DNA of 64,000 nucleotides from a bacterium (GCA_963693055.1 OY843751.1:1248001-1312000); one strand, 5' to 3'. Positions 10,788-20,378 are shown, counted from the first letter of the stretch. Translations and numbers: made by a program. Notes: generated from the letters alone by a model not told the origin.

Positions 10788-11762
10788 ATGTATACACCTT
10801 ATTATCGTCCAAGAAGATTAAGACGTAATGAAAATATCCGTAGAATGGTGCGTGAAAATTTTGTGAGTGTTGATGATTTATTATACCCGCTTTTTGTAGT
10901 AGAGGGCAAGGGGATTAAAAACGAGATCAAGTCCATGCCAGGTAATTATCAAATGTCTATTGATGAATTGGTCAAAGAAGTCAAAGAAATCCACTCTATG
11001 GGTATTCCATCCATAATGCTGTTTGGAATTCCCGCTGAAAAAGATGCTGTGGGTAGTGATGCTACCTGCGATACCGGCATCATCCAGCGCGCGGTGAGAG
11101 AAGTGAAATCCGCAGTGCCTGATATGTACCTGGTAACCGATGTATGCTTTTGCGAGTATACCGACCACGGCCATTGCGGTCCCATTGTGGATAATGATGT
11201 AGATAACGATGCGACATTGGAGCTATTGGGAAAACAGGTGATTACCCACGCCAAAGCGGGAGCGGATATGGTTGCGCCCTCGGGCATGATGGACGGTATG
11301 ATTGGTGCTATTCGCGATGCATTAGACGGAGAAGGATTCAGTCAGATTCCGGTTATGAGTTATGCTGCCAAATATGCATCCGCTTTTTATGGCCCGTTTC
11401 GGGATGCGGCTGATTCGGCACCTCAATTTGGTGACCGACGTTCGTACCAGATGGACCCCGCAAATGCGAGAGAGGCCCTGAAAGAAGTGGAACTGGATAT
11501 TGAAGAAGGCGCCGATATTGTGATGGTAAAACCGGCCTTGTCGTATCTGGATATTATCTCTGCTGTACGCGCAACCACCAATTTGCCGGTAGCCGCTTAT
11601 AATGTGAGTGGCGAGTTTTCTATGGTCAAAGCCGCAGCCGCAAATGGCTGGATAGATGAACAGCGTGTTGCAATGGAGATGTTGTTGTCTATGAAGCGCG
11701 CGGGCGCTGATATTATTTTGACCTACTTTGCCAAAGATGTTGCCAAATGGTTGAACGGGTGA
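10788..11762 (+). CDS. hemB: Porphobilinogen synthase
   Basis: 'RPRRLR', Zn site '[11 protein letters not shown]', 'MVKPAL', 'YNVSGE'; start moved to ATG 10788 after AAGGA. Confidence 0.97.
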   Translation: MYTPYYRPRRLRRNENIRRMVRENFVSVDDLLYPLFVVEGKGIKNEIKSMPGNYQMSIDELVKEVKEIHSMGIPSIMLFGIPAEKDAVGSDATCDTGIIQRAVREVKSAVPDMYLVTDVCFCEYTDHGHCGPIVDNDVDNDATLELLGKQVITHAKAGADMVAPSGMMDGMIGAIRDALDGEGFSQIPVMSYAAKYASAFYGPFRDAADSAPQFGDRRSYQMDPANAREALKEVELDIEEGADIVMVKPALSYLDIISAVRATTNLPVAAYNVSGEFSMVKAAAANGWIDEQRVAMEMLLSMKRAGADIILTYFAKDVAKWLNG

Positions 11763-11772
11763 TTTAGTCATA

Positions 11773-12082
11773 CCGGACTCAAGTCCTGTAATATATTCCG
11801 CAGGGTATAAATATACCCTGCGATCAGGTATATATTAAATCGAGACATCGATCGTGATGCATATCCATGCATCACGGGATATTACCCGGGATATATATCC
11901 CGAACAAAAGACTTTTACTCCTTCCGAAACTCTTGTTTCGGAAGGAACTGAAACCCAAAACTCTGTTTTGTGTCATCTAATCATGACGCATATATATGCG
12001 TCATGGGATAATGTGTGGGATATGTGTCCCGGACTTGAGTCCGGTAATATATCCCGCAGGGCATAAATATACCCTGCGATCA
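11773..12082. repeat. Cluster of REP-like palindromes between hemB and hemL, bounded by a 54-bp direct repeat
   Basis: 11773-11826 vs 12029-12082 match at 49/54; about 9 hairpins, e.g. CGCAGGGTATAAATATACCCTGCG, CGTGATGCATATCCATGCATCACG, CCTTCCGAAACTCTTGTTTCGGAAGG, CATGACGCATATATATGCGTCATG. Confidence 0.9.
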
Positions 12083-12115
12083 ATGAGGATAAGTGATAAA
12101 AAATTGGAGATACAT

Positions 12116-13396
12116 GTGAGCAAGAGTGAACAATTGTTTGAAAAATCCAGAGCTGTTATGCCGGGTGGAGTCAATTCTCCCGTACGGGCATTTAAATCTG
12201 TTGACCGGACACCGGTGTTTATTGCATCTGCCAAGGGCTGCAAGATCACGGATGTGGACGGCAAAGAATATATCGATTATGTAGGATCGTGGGGACCGCT
12301 CATTCTGGGTCATGCCCATGATGAAGTTTTAGAGGCCATCAACAGCGCGGCTGCCAACGGTACAAGCTATGGCGCACCCACTGAAATTGAAATTGAATTG
12401 GCGCAAAAAATTATAGATATGGTGCCATCGGTAGAGATGGTACGTCTGGTAAATTCAGGAACCGAAGCCACCATGAGCGCAATCCGCGCGGCAAGAGGAT
12501 TTACCGGCAGGGACAAGTTTATTAAATTTGAAGGTTGTTATCATGGCCATGGCGACAGCTTTTTGATCAAAGCCGGCTCTGGCGCGCTGACACTGGGTGA
12601 ACCCACGAGTCCCGGTGTACCGAAAAATGTTGCGCAGGATACCCTGACTGCGGATTTTAACGATATTTCATCTGTTGAAGCGCTGTTCAACGAGTACAAG
12701 GGCCAGATTGCCGGTGTAATTGTAGAACCCATTGCCGGAAACATGGGTGTTGTGCCGCCAGCGGATGGATTTTTACAGAGATTGCGAAAATTGTGTGATG
12801 AAAATAGTAGTGTTTTGATTTTTGATGAAGTGATGACCGGTTTTCGTGTAGCTCCCGGTGGTGCGCAGGAACTGTATGGCGTTACTCCGGATCTTACTAC
12901 CATGGGCAAAGTGATTGGCGGCGGTTTGCCGGTAGGTGCCTATGGCGGTAAAAAAGAGATCATGAGCAAAATTTCTCCCGATGGCCCCATTTACCAGGCG
13001 GGAACGCTTTCCGGTAATCCATTGGCGGTTTCGGCAGGACTCAAAACACTCGAGATTTTAACACGACCCGGATTCTTTGATACGCTCAATGCCAAAGCGA
13101 GAGCTTTTTTTGAATACACGCAAAAGATGATCGATGAGAAAAACTTGCCCTTGACATTGAATGCTGTCAACTCTATGGGCTGCCTCTATTTTAATCCCAA
13201 CAAGGTAATGGGATTCAAGGATGCTACCGCATCCGATACGGCTACATTCAGCCGATTCTTTGGTGAACTGCTGGACAATGGTGTATATATCGCGCCGTCA
13301 CAGTTTGAAGCCATGTTTATATCCGCCGCCCACTCGGATGATGATCTTGCCCGCACCGGAGATGTGGTTGCTGCTGCATTGGAAAAAGTGTTGTAA
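12116..13396 (+). CDS. hemL: Glutamate-1-semialdehyde 2,1-aminomutase
   Basis: 'MPGGVNSPVRAF', 'FDEVMTGFR', 'GKVIGGGLPVGAYGG'; start set to GTG 12116 after GGAGA (the track's extension reads through repeats). Confidence 0.97.
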   Translation: MSKSEQLFEKSRAVMPGGVNSPVRAFKSVDRTPVFIASAKGCKITDVDGKEYIDYVGSWGPLILGHAHDEVLEAINSAAANGTSYGAPTEIEIELAQKIIDMVPSVEMVRLVNSGTEATMSAIRAARGFTGRDKFIKFEGCYHGHGDSFLIKAGSGALTLGEPTSPGVPKNVAQDTLTADFNDISSVEALFNEYKGQIAGVIVEPIAGNMGVVPPADGFLQRLRKLCDENSSVLIFDEVMTGFRVAPGGAQELYGVTPDLTTMGKVIGGGLPVGAYGGKKEIMSKISPDGPIYQAGTLSGNPLAVSAGLKTLEILTRPGFFDTLNAKARAFFEYTQKMIDEKNLPLTLNAVNSMGCLYFNPNKVMGFKDATASDTATFSRFFGELLDNGVYIAPSQFEAMFISAAHSDDDLARTGDVVAAALEKVL

Positions 13397-13527
13397 GACT
13401 TTTGAAAGAAACCTCCCGGAGGTGGAAATTCTCCCCCGGAACTTAATTTAACAAGTTACGTTAAATAGGAACAGTCAGAAATTTTTATTTTCTGTTTATT
13501 TTTACTATTTATTTCAAGGGGTGTATT

Positions 13528-14208
13528 ATGCACAAACCAAAATTTTTATCCCGTCTCATGTTTACCGTTTTGATTGTTGCTCTTCCCGGTTTTTTGTTAG
13601 CCGAACCGGATTTGTACCTGGGGCTGACCGGAGGATTGAATCGATCGCAACTGACTACAGATTCCAATTTTTCAACATTTGGCCCTTATGATCAGGCTGC
13701 TTTGAACCTGAACGGAGGGATATCCGTATTGATGCAATTTGAACGTTGGGGAGTTGAATCCGGGATTAGTTACAGCCAGGCGGGTGCCAGAACTGAATCT
13801 ATGGTGGGCACAACTGAAAGCGGTGCCATTCAGGGAGAATTCTGGATTTCGCAGAAGCAATCTTATCTGGAAGTGCCGATTCTGGCTTCTTATTCATTTA
13901 ATACTGGCGGATTCAATCCCTATCTGTTTGCGGGACCGAATGTTCGATTTCTGTTAAATGGAGAAGAAAAAATGGATTCCGATTACGGTGAGCAGGAATG
14001 GAATCGAGAGATTGATGGGTATATGAATGATGTGAACATTGCGCTGGAAAGTGGTGCCGGTGTGCGATACGCTGTCACTCCTGTGCTGAATATGGGTGTT
14101 TCAGCCTCTTATCTGTTTGGGCTCAACAACCAATTGTCCAGCAACGCGTATGGTGAGCAAAAGGCCAGAGATTTTCGTTTCAATTTCGCTCTCTATTATC
14201 TGCTATAA
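13528..14208 (+). CDS. Outer-membrane beta-barrel protein (PorT/OmpA-TM-like)
   Basis: Signal peptide, 'YLEVPILASY', 'PYLFAGP', alternating beta-strands, aromatic C-terminus. Confidence 0.75.
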   Translation: MHKPKFLSRLMFTVLIVALPGFLLAEPDLYLGLTGGLNRSQLTTDSNFSTFGPYDQAALNLNGGISVLMQFERWGVESGISYSQAGARTESMVGTTESGAIQGEFWISQKQSYLEVPILASYSFNTGGFNPYLFAGPNVRFLLNGEEKMDSDYGEQEWNREIDGYMNDVNIALESGAGVRYAVTPVLNMGVSASYLFGLNNQLSSNAYGEQKARDFRFNFALYYLL

Positions 14209-14231
14209 GGTTTTACTAAACTCTTGATGAT

Positions 14232-14272
14232 AACCGTCCTGATGCAGTATCCTTCCACCGGGACGGTTTTTT
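14232..14272 (+). terminator. Rho-independent terminator
   Basis: AACCGTCC...GGACGGTT stem followed by T-tract. Confidence 0.7.
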
Positions 14273-14297
14273 ATTTCTTCCAATTTTAACTTTTCTC

Positions 14298-14457
14298 TGT
14301 AAAAATGACAAATCCGTGATTTTGATATGTAATTTTGACATACAGACAAATTCTTGTCTGTCAATTTTACAAAATCAGTATTTTAGATTGATATTTTATT
14401 AACTTGTTTATAATTAATTATTTACGTAAAGATTGTGGGTTTGGCATATATTTTGTA
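14298..14457 (+). promoter_or_regulatory. Candidate sigma54 promoter with three upstream enhancer-like sites
   Basis: TGGCAT-ATATT-TTGTA (-24/-12-like) at 14442-14457; imperfect palindromes TGT(A/C)A-N3-T(G/T)ACA at 14298, 14328 and 14359. Confidence 0.6.
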
Positions 14458-14537
14458 TTTCCCCAGGTAAATGAATTAGCAACACAATCATACAGATTGT
14501 GAGAGTACAGTAACTATTATATTCAGGAGGTAATGTT

Positions 14538-14972
14538 ATGGATATACGTTATATGTTGGGCGGCAATCCTTTTGAAGAGATGAATCGATTAAGAAATGAA
14601 ATGGACCATCTTTTTAATGGATTTAATACGCTGAAAAGACCGGCAGTATATCCTGCAGTTAATATCTGGAGCAATAAAGATATGGCGATATTGACGGCTG
14701 AATTGCCCGGATATGATTTGAAGGATTTTAACGCGTCGGTTGTTGATGATACCCTGGTCTTAACAGGTGAACGTGAATCCCTAAAAACCAGTGATAAAGA
14801 AGCTTTACAGCGTAATGAACGCATGACAGGAAAATTTGAGAAACAGGTTCGTCTGCCGTTTCCGGTAGACGCAAATAAAATTGAGGCAACCTATAAAGAC
14901 GGTGTACTGAATATTACAATGCCGCGAAAAGAAGAAGACAAGCCTCGTAAAATTACTATAAAAGCAAACTGA
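14538..14972 (+). CDS. Hsp20/alpha-crystallin small heat-shock protein
   Basis: 'YPAVNI', 'AELPG', 'ERMTGKF', 'ATYKDGVLNITMP', 'PRKITI'. Confidence 0.95.
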   Translation: MDIRYMLGGNPFEEMNRLRNEMDHLFNGFNTLKRPAVYPAVNIWSNKDMAILTAELPGYDLKDFNASVVDDTLVLTGERESLKTSDKEALQRNERMTGKFEKQVRLPFPVDANKIEATYKDGVLNITMPRKEEDKPRKITIKAN

Positions 14973-14989
14973 GAAAGGAGGGATGGAGA

Positions 14990-15394
14990 ATGGAAGCATT
15001 GAAAAATAAAATACAAAAACGTGACAGTGAAGCGGTTGATACCGTTGAACGTACCCGCTCGGGCAAAGTCTTTGTCCCTGCTGTAGATATACTGGACTCT
15101 GATGATCATTTGACCTTGTACGCGGACATGCCCGGATGTGAAAAAACATCCATTGATATTACTCTTGAAAATGATGTGTTGTCAATTCAGGGAAATATCT
15201 GCTGGCAGCCGCCCAAAGATTATGAACTGGTATATAACGAATATGAGGTGGGTGATTATCGCAGAGCATTTACATTGGATGAATCCATTAATCGTGAAAA
15301 GATTGAAGCGGATTATAACAACGGAGTTTTGCGATTGACCTTGCCCAAACTGGAACCGGCAAAACCGAAAAAAATTGCTGTAAAATTTTCATAA
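14990..15394 (+). CDS. Hsp20/alpha-crystallin small heat-shock protein
   Basis: 'PAVDI', 'ADMPG', 'NGVLRLTLPK', 'PKKIAV'. Confidence 0.95.
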   Translation: MEALKNKIQKRDSEAVDTVERTRSGKVFVPAVDILDSDDHLTLYADMPGCEKTSIDITLENDVLSIQGNICWQPPKDYELVYNEYEVGDYRRAFTLDESINREKIEADYNNGVLRLTLPKLEPAKPKKIAVKFS

Positions 15395-15447
15395 CCCCTT
15401 GTGGTATACCTGAAAAACTGTTTTGTTCATATCAGTAAGTCATTGAG

Positions 15448-15484
15448 AATGGGTGGCATTCAAAATTGTGCCGCCCATTTTTTT
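15448..15484 (+). terminator. Rho-independent terminator
   Basis: AATGGGTGGCA...TGCCGCCCATT stem plus T-tract between the hsp20 genes and the dnaJ-like gene. Confidence 0.75.
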
Positions 15485-15519
15485 ATCTGAAATGTAATTA
15501 AACCGTGAGGTATATGATT

Positions 15520-16221
15520 ATGGCAAAAAATTATTATCTCATTCTTGGCCTTGCTTCTGATGCATCTGATCAGGAAATAAAATCAGCATATAAACGACTC
15601 GCCAAAGAATTACATCCCGATATATCCGGAAATGACAGTGTACCTTTTCTGGAATTGCAGGAAGCTTATTCAATATTAAATGATCCTGAAAAAAGACAGC
15701 AATATGATGATCGCCGTGTTAAACGGCAGACTATATCGCGTGTACCAATAGAGCCTCTGGTGCGAAAGAGAAGTGATGTTGAACCACTCATTCCCCGCAA
15801 GCGGTCTGCTAATCCCGGCTATTCCATAAGAAATGAATTTCATACATTTATACCTTCTTTTGATGAATTGTTTGATTACCTTGATCAGAATGTTAGCCCG
15901 ATTGCCCATAGAAAAACCGATTTTGTAAAAAGCATAGCAGTGGATGTACCAGTAACCTCGATGCAGGCGTTCAGGGGTGGGCAGGTACAGATTCGAGTAC
16001 CGATACATTTTGAATGTAATGTCTGTCAGGGAGTGGGAAATGTTGGCCCCTTTGTGTGTGGGCGATGCTCCGGTGAAGGAAAGCTGGCGGGTGAGTATCC
16101 TGTTTCAATCCGTTTTCCGGGTGGTATTCGGGATGGATATACAATGGATGTGTCGTTAACAAGCCTGGGAATTCGCAATGCGTATTTATCGGTTCGTTTT
16201 TGTATTGATGGTACATTTTAA
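15520..16221 (+). CDS. J-domain (DnaJ-like) protein with two CxxCxGxG motifs
   Basis: 'NYYLILG', HPD motif, 'CNVCQGVG' and 'CGRCSGEG'; likely start ATG 15520. Confidence 0.85.
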   Translation: MAKNYYLILGLASDASDQEIKSAYKRLAKELHPDISGNDSVPFLELQEAYSILNDPEKRQQYDDRRVKRQTISRVPIEPLVRKRSDVEPLIPRKRSANPGYSIRNEFHTFIPSFDELFDYLDQNVSPIAHRKTDFVKSIAVDVPVTSMQAFRGGQVQIRVPIHFECNVCQGVGNVGPFVCGRCSGEGKLAGEYPVSIRFPGGIRDGYTMDVSLTSLGIRNAYLSVRFCIDGTF

Positions 16222-16322
16222 ATTTATAGAAAAATAGTAAATATTTTTGTATCTTGCACGGTACCTAAAAAATGATTATACTTTTATTATAACTATTCAT
16301 TTTGAATTGTTGGGGTACCGTT

Positions 16323-17408
16323 ATGAAAAAAAATGTACGAATCTTTTTGCTGTTGTTGCTGGGTGTATTGCCTGTTTTTTCTGCTACATCGCTGGAACAG
16401 GATAAACCTTTGGAACTCTTGTTTATTGGAAGCAGCTATTTTAATTTTAATGATTTGCCGCACATGTTTCAAACGCTTACGCTATTTTCCGGTCACCCTG
16501 TACATGTTTCCGAGCAGATTACCAATGGACTCTTTTTGGCAGATCACGCTGCCAGTGCCAGTACAGAAGAAAAGATAAACTCGCGACGATGGGATTATGT
16601 AATATTGCAGGGTTCAGCTTCTCGAACAGCTTATCCCGATTATTATAAAGACAAACCTGCATTTAAAGCGCTTACCTTGCTCAAAAAGAAAATTTTAAAT
16701 AATTGCGATTCCACAAAGATTATTTTCTGTATGCCCTGGGCGTTCGAAGATGGCATGACCTGGGTGAAAGGATGGACCGATGACTATACAGATATGCAAT
16801 TGGAAATTTACAAAAACACATTGATTTGGTCAAAAAAGTTAGACATTTTGATTGCGCCTGTTGGGTGGGCATGGAATACCGTGCTGGAGGAAAAGGACTT
16901 TCCTCTGCATTATTTGCACAAAAGCGACTGGAACCACCCGACTGTGCGGGGTTCATATCTGACGGCTTGTGTTATCTATTCGACAATTTTCAAAAGTCCG
17001 GTTGTATACCCCTGGTTTAGTACGCTTGATGAGGAGGATGCAAAATATTACCAGGAGGTGGCGTCCAATACGGTTTTAGAGAATCTTGTGCTTTGGAATG
17101 TTGTAGATTTTATAGATGCAATTGATGAGACCTTTCAAACGCCAACCCGGTTTCAATTGTATCAAAATTACCCCAATCCCTTTAATCACAATACTCGCAT
17201 ACATTATACTGTATCCAATCCATCACACATTAAAATCGAAATTATAAATACGTCAGGACAAAGTGTCGCAGTCTTGGCGGACAGGTTCCATGAAAAAGGA
17301 GAATATTTTAAATCCTTTAATGCAGGCGAGTTGGCTACCGGGATCTATCTGTGCCGAACCAGCGGACCGAACGTCCAGCAAACAATCCAAATGTTGTATG
17401 TAAAATAA
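16323..17408 (+). CDS. Secreted SGNH-like (DUF4886-like) protein with T9SS-type C-terminal sorting domain
   Basis: 'LFIGSSY', 'WDYVILQ', 'DWNHP..GSYL'; tail 'FQLYQNYPNPFN...LATGIYL'. Confidence 0.7.
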   Translation: MKKNVRIFLLLLLGVLPVFSATSLEQDKPLELLFIGSSYFNFNDLPHMFQTLTLFSGHPVHVSEQITNGLFLADHAASASTEEKINSRRWDYVILQGSASRTAYPDYYKDKPAFKALTLLKKKILNNCDSTKIIFCMPWAFEDGMTWVKGWTDDYTDMQLEIYKNTLIWSKKLDILIAPVGWAWNTVLEEKDFPLHYLHKSDWNHPTVRGSYLTACVIYSTIFKSPVVYPWFSTLDEEDAKYYQEVASNTVLENLVLWNVVDFIDAIDETFQTPTRFQLYQNYPNPFNHNTRIHYTVSNPSHIKIEIINTSGQSVAVLADRFHEKGEYFKSFNAGELATGIYLCRTSGPNVQQTIQMLYVK

Positions 17409-17431
17409 AACCTATAACCTGCAGGTGGATC

Positions 17432-19003
17432 ATGATGACAATAATAGATATGGATCACTATCAGCAACACCTGAAAGTAAGAGAACCGGGACGTTTGTCC
17501 CTGGTACATGAACTGTGGCTTCCCATGTTATTGTTTGCGGGAATGGGGGCCATTACCTGGGCCATACGCGGTACAGCAGGTTGGGGAGGTGTGGATGGTA
17601 CCATTTTATCCGGACTCACCTGGGGTTTGATTTGGTATTATTTGAGCAGACGCAAGGGCATTGACGCCAGCAGCATTGTATTCTGGCTGGGGATGGGCAT
17701 TGCTCTGGGTGGCGAATTGGGATACGGTCAGTATACCGGCTGGATTTTGGGTCGTTTTTCTGTGGGTGATGAGGTTCTGTCCATCTCTCCGTTCACGGGT
17801 TATTGGTGGTTCTTTCTCTGTGGTATTGGCTGGGCTGCACCCGGTGGAATCTTGTTGGGTTGGGCTCTGGGTGGACGCGTATCCACTGGTAAATGGATTA
17901 CCCGTATTCTGCTTATGATCCCCCTGCTCATCTTTTTATTCGCCTGGCCCATAGTGGATTGGTTTGCTGCGATATTTGTAAAAAACATACCGGGATTACT
18001 GTTTCCGCATGCGGATATGGGATTGTATGCGGGAGAACTTGACAAGCACCTTGGCCGGACCGTTTATACCAATTCTCAAAATTTTCTGGTGGTGGTCTGG
18101 TGGATAGCCGCATTGATCATTGCTGCTATTCATAAAGACAAAAAAACGCTGGTTTCCGGATTGATTATTGGTGGTGGATTCGGATTTGGTTTTATGCAGA
18201 GCGCAGCTTGGTGTCTGGGATACGGTTCGGCACGAGGTTACATGGACTGGTGGAAAGTGTGGGAAATCAATTCCGGTTTTAATTTAGGTGTTCTCTATGC
18301 CATTGTCTGGTACTGGTCCATTAAACAGCTTGATAAACAGCAATTGGGTAAAGATAATGCCATGTCAGATGGTCCGGTTGAGGCTATTGCGCTGAACCGA
18401 AAACGCATGGATACAATTTTGATGACCATTGCAGGATTTGTTTTGATTTATTTTGCCGGATTTGAATATTTTCCACAAACAGGCATGTTTCTCTGTTTGT
18501 TTTTTGCTGCGGCAATGCTGCTGACATTAAGGTTACGAGAAAAAAATGTTGATTTATTATCTGTTACAGAGCGTAGGAACCAGATCCTCTTGATTTTTAG
18601 TGCATTTTTACTGGTATTTCTGCTGTTTCATGGCGGATCGGAACGGGCTGGAGTGATTATGGAGCTCTACGGTCCCGATGCAGTGGACCAGTACGCCTGG
18701 CCAGTGGCTCGTATCATTCTGTTTGCACCGGTTGCGTTGATTATTACGGGTGTTGCAGTATATCGAATATGGCAGGTGTTAAAAGTGAAAAGATTTGAAC
18801 ACGTGACCGCTACGTCAACTTTATCCAATCGGATGGCAGATTTGTTTATGGTAACCGGTTTTATTGGGGCACTGTCTATCTGGCCGGCCAAGATTGGGGT
18901 GCTATACGCATTGATTATGATTTTTGTGATTTTTGCTCATACCCGCCTTGAACAGCGCTTTGCGTATATTGACGGCACATTGGGTGATGGAGGCGATTTA
19001 TAG
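17432..19003 (+). CDS. Polytopic Gly/Trp-rich membrane protein of unknown function
   Basis: Many hydrophobic segments; 'WAIRG', 'YGQY', 'DWWKVWE'; start set after AGGTGG. Confidence 0.7.
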   Translation: MMTIIDMDHYQQHLKVREPGRLSLVHELWLPMLLFAGMGAITWAIRGTAGWGGVDGTILSGLTWGLIWYYLSRRKGIDASSIVFWLGMGIALGGELGYGQYTGWILGRFSVGDEVLSISPFTGYWWFFLCGIGWAAPGGILLGWALGGRVSTGKWITRILLMIPLLIFLFAWPIVDWFAAIFVKNIPGLLFPHADMGLYAGELDKHLGRTVYTNSQNFLVVVWWIAALIIAAIHKDKKTLVSGLIIGGGFGFGFMQSAAWCLGYGSARGYMDWWKVWEINSGFNLGVLYAIVWYWSIKQLDKQQLGKDNAMSDGPVEAIALNRKRMDTILMTIAGFVLIYFAGFEYFPQTGMFLCLFFAAAMLLTLRLREKNVDLLSVTERRNQILLIFSAFLLVFLLFHGGSERAGVIMELYGPDAVDQYAWPVARIILFAPVALIITGVAVYRIWQVLKVKRFEHVTATSTLSNRMADLFMVTGFIGALSIWPAKIGVLYALIMIFVIFAHTRLEQRFAYIDGTLGDGGDL

Positions 19004-19034
19004 TTTTTTGGATCTTTTTTAACGTTACAACCCA

Positions 19035-19230
19035 GATCGCCCGGTATATTCATGCCGGGCGGGATATATTTCAGGACATTTGTCCAAAAAAATATACCGG
19101 GATGCAGGGACCTGCATCGCGATCATTTAATTCACCACAGATGAACGCAGATTAACGCAGATAGATATTTTGTTCTCCCGCCCAAGTTTCACTTGGGTGG
19201 GAAATTTGATAGGATGCTTTACTTTCCGAT
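19035..19230. repeat. Mixed palindrome cluster: GATC-ended REP doublet, 10-nt periodic repeat and CTC-type REP
   Basis: GATCGCCCGGTATATTCATGCCGGGCG...GATGCAGGGACCTGCATCGCGATC (19035-19124); CCACAGATGAACGCAGATTAACGCAGAT (19135-19162); CTCCCGCCCAAGTTTCACTTGGGTGGGA (19175-19202). Confidence 0.8.
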
Positions 19231-19372
19231 AAATTGGGTATATATCAGGTTTGAACTATTCATGTAATCTGACTGGTCTATCCTGTCCCAATATTTCTGT
19301 CCATTCGATAACTGGATGCTGGATCAGAGGAAAAACGATATGAACCAATAAATTAATATTGGAGAGATATTT

Positions 19373-20353
19373 TTGAGAAAAAATATTTTATTACTTTTAT
19401 ATTCACTTTTGATTTTATTAGAATGTCAATTTCAACCTCCTGAAGGATTTATTGAAATCATAAATAACAATATTTTCCTTTGTCGAAATAATATGATTAT
19501 TGTTTTTAAAAAAGAACCATTACAGTATTTAGGGATTATTAAAACAAAAGGGATTGCAAATTCTTTATATTGGGAGGAAAACCATTTTATATTTTGTGAT
19601 GAAACTGGATTTACAATATTGGAGATGAATGATCCCCAAAATCCTAATTTTATTTATAAAAAAGCCTTGCCTGAAAAACTTGTTATTAGTAAAAGATATG
19701 ATAAACGGCTATTTGTAGCATCTTCAAATCTGATAAGAATATTTGATTTTGTTAAAATTAATGAGCCTGTTAAAATTTTTGAAATTGATACCAAAAGTGA
19801 AAATAAAATAATTGATATAGAGTTTTATAATAATAACTTGTATGTATTATTTGACAATGGATATATTTCTTGTTTTAATTATAAAAATGATCAATTGTTA
19901 TTTGTAAACAAATTTCAACATTTGTTTGACAATAATATGGATTGTCAATATAATGATGTCTTTGTTAAAAATGATTTTTTATATGTATTAATTACTGAAC
20001 CTAAAAAAGTAATGAAAAGTATTATTGCATTCAAGGTATTCAACAATAATAGTCTTGAATATTATGATATATTTTCATTTGGAATAAATGAAAATATCAC
20101 AATTTCAGATGATAATTTAATTATTGCATACGATGGTTATCATATTAAATTTTATGATTTTCATAGAGAAATACCTCAATATATTTGTAAATCAAGTTTT
20201 TATGATTTCCGAATTATTAATTCTAATGATGATAAAGAATTATGGCTAAATAATTATGAAGAAATTGTAGGTTATAATATTTCAAATCCATGCAAACCAA
20301 CATTAATAGATAAATTACAAGGGAAAATCAAGATTCACTATTTATATGAGTAA
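19373..20353 (+). CDS. AT-rich orphan, probable LVIVD-like beta-propeller exported protein
   Basis: Hydrophobic N-terminus ending in Cys; repeats such as 'ILEMNDPQNP', 'IFDFVKINEP', 'YNISNPCKP'; much more AT-rich than its neighbours. Confidence 0.55.
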   Translation: MRKNILLLLYSLLILLECQFQPPEGFIEIINNNIFLCRNNMIIVFKKEPLQYLGIIKTKGIANSLYWEENHFIFCDETGFTILEMNDPQNPNFIYKKALPEKLVISKRYDKRLFVASSNLIRIFDFVKINEPVKIFEIDTKSENKIIDIEFYNNNLYVLFDNGYISCFNYKNDQLLFVNKFQHLFDNNMDCQYNDVFVKNDFLYVLITEPKKVMKSIIAFKVFNNNSLEYYDIFSFGINENITISDDNLIIAYDGYHIKFYDFHREIPQYICKSSFYDFRIINSNDDKELWLNNYEEIVGYNISNPCKPTLIDKLQGKIKIHYLYE

Positions 20354-20378
20354 TTGTTTTTCTCAAGTCTTAATATCA

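Noticed and set aside
11854-12115. ORF 11854-12066 and the 40-aa N-terminal extension of HemL
   Set aside because: Both read through palindromic repeats; HemL similarity and an RBS begin at GTG 12116
14476-14515. CIRCE element before hsp20 (TTAGCA...)
   Set aside because: Does not fit TTAGCACTC-N9-GAGTGCTAA in sequence or spacing
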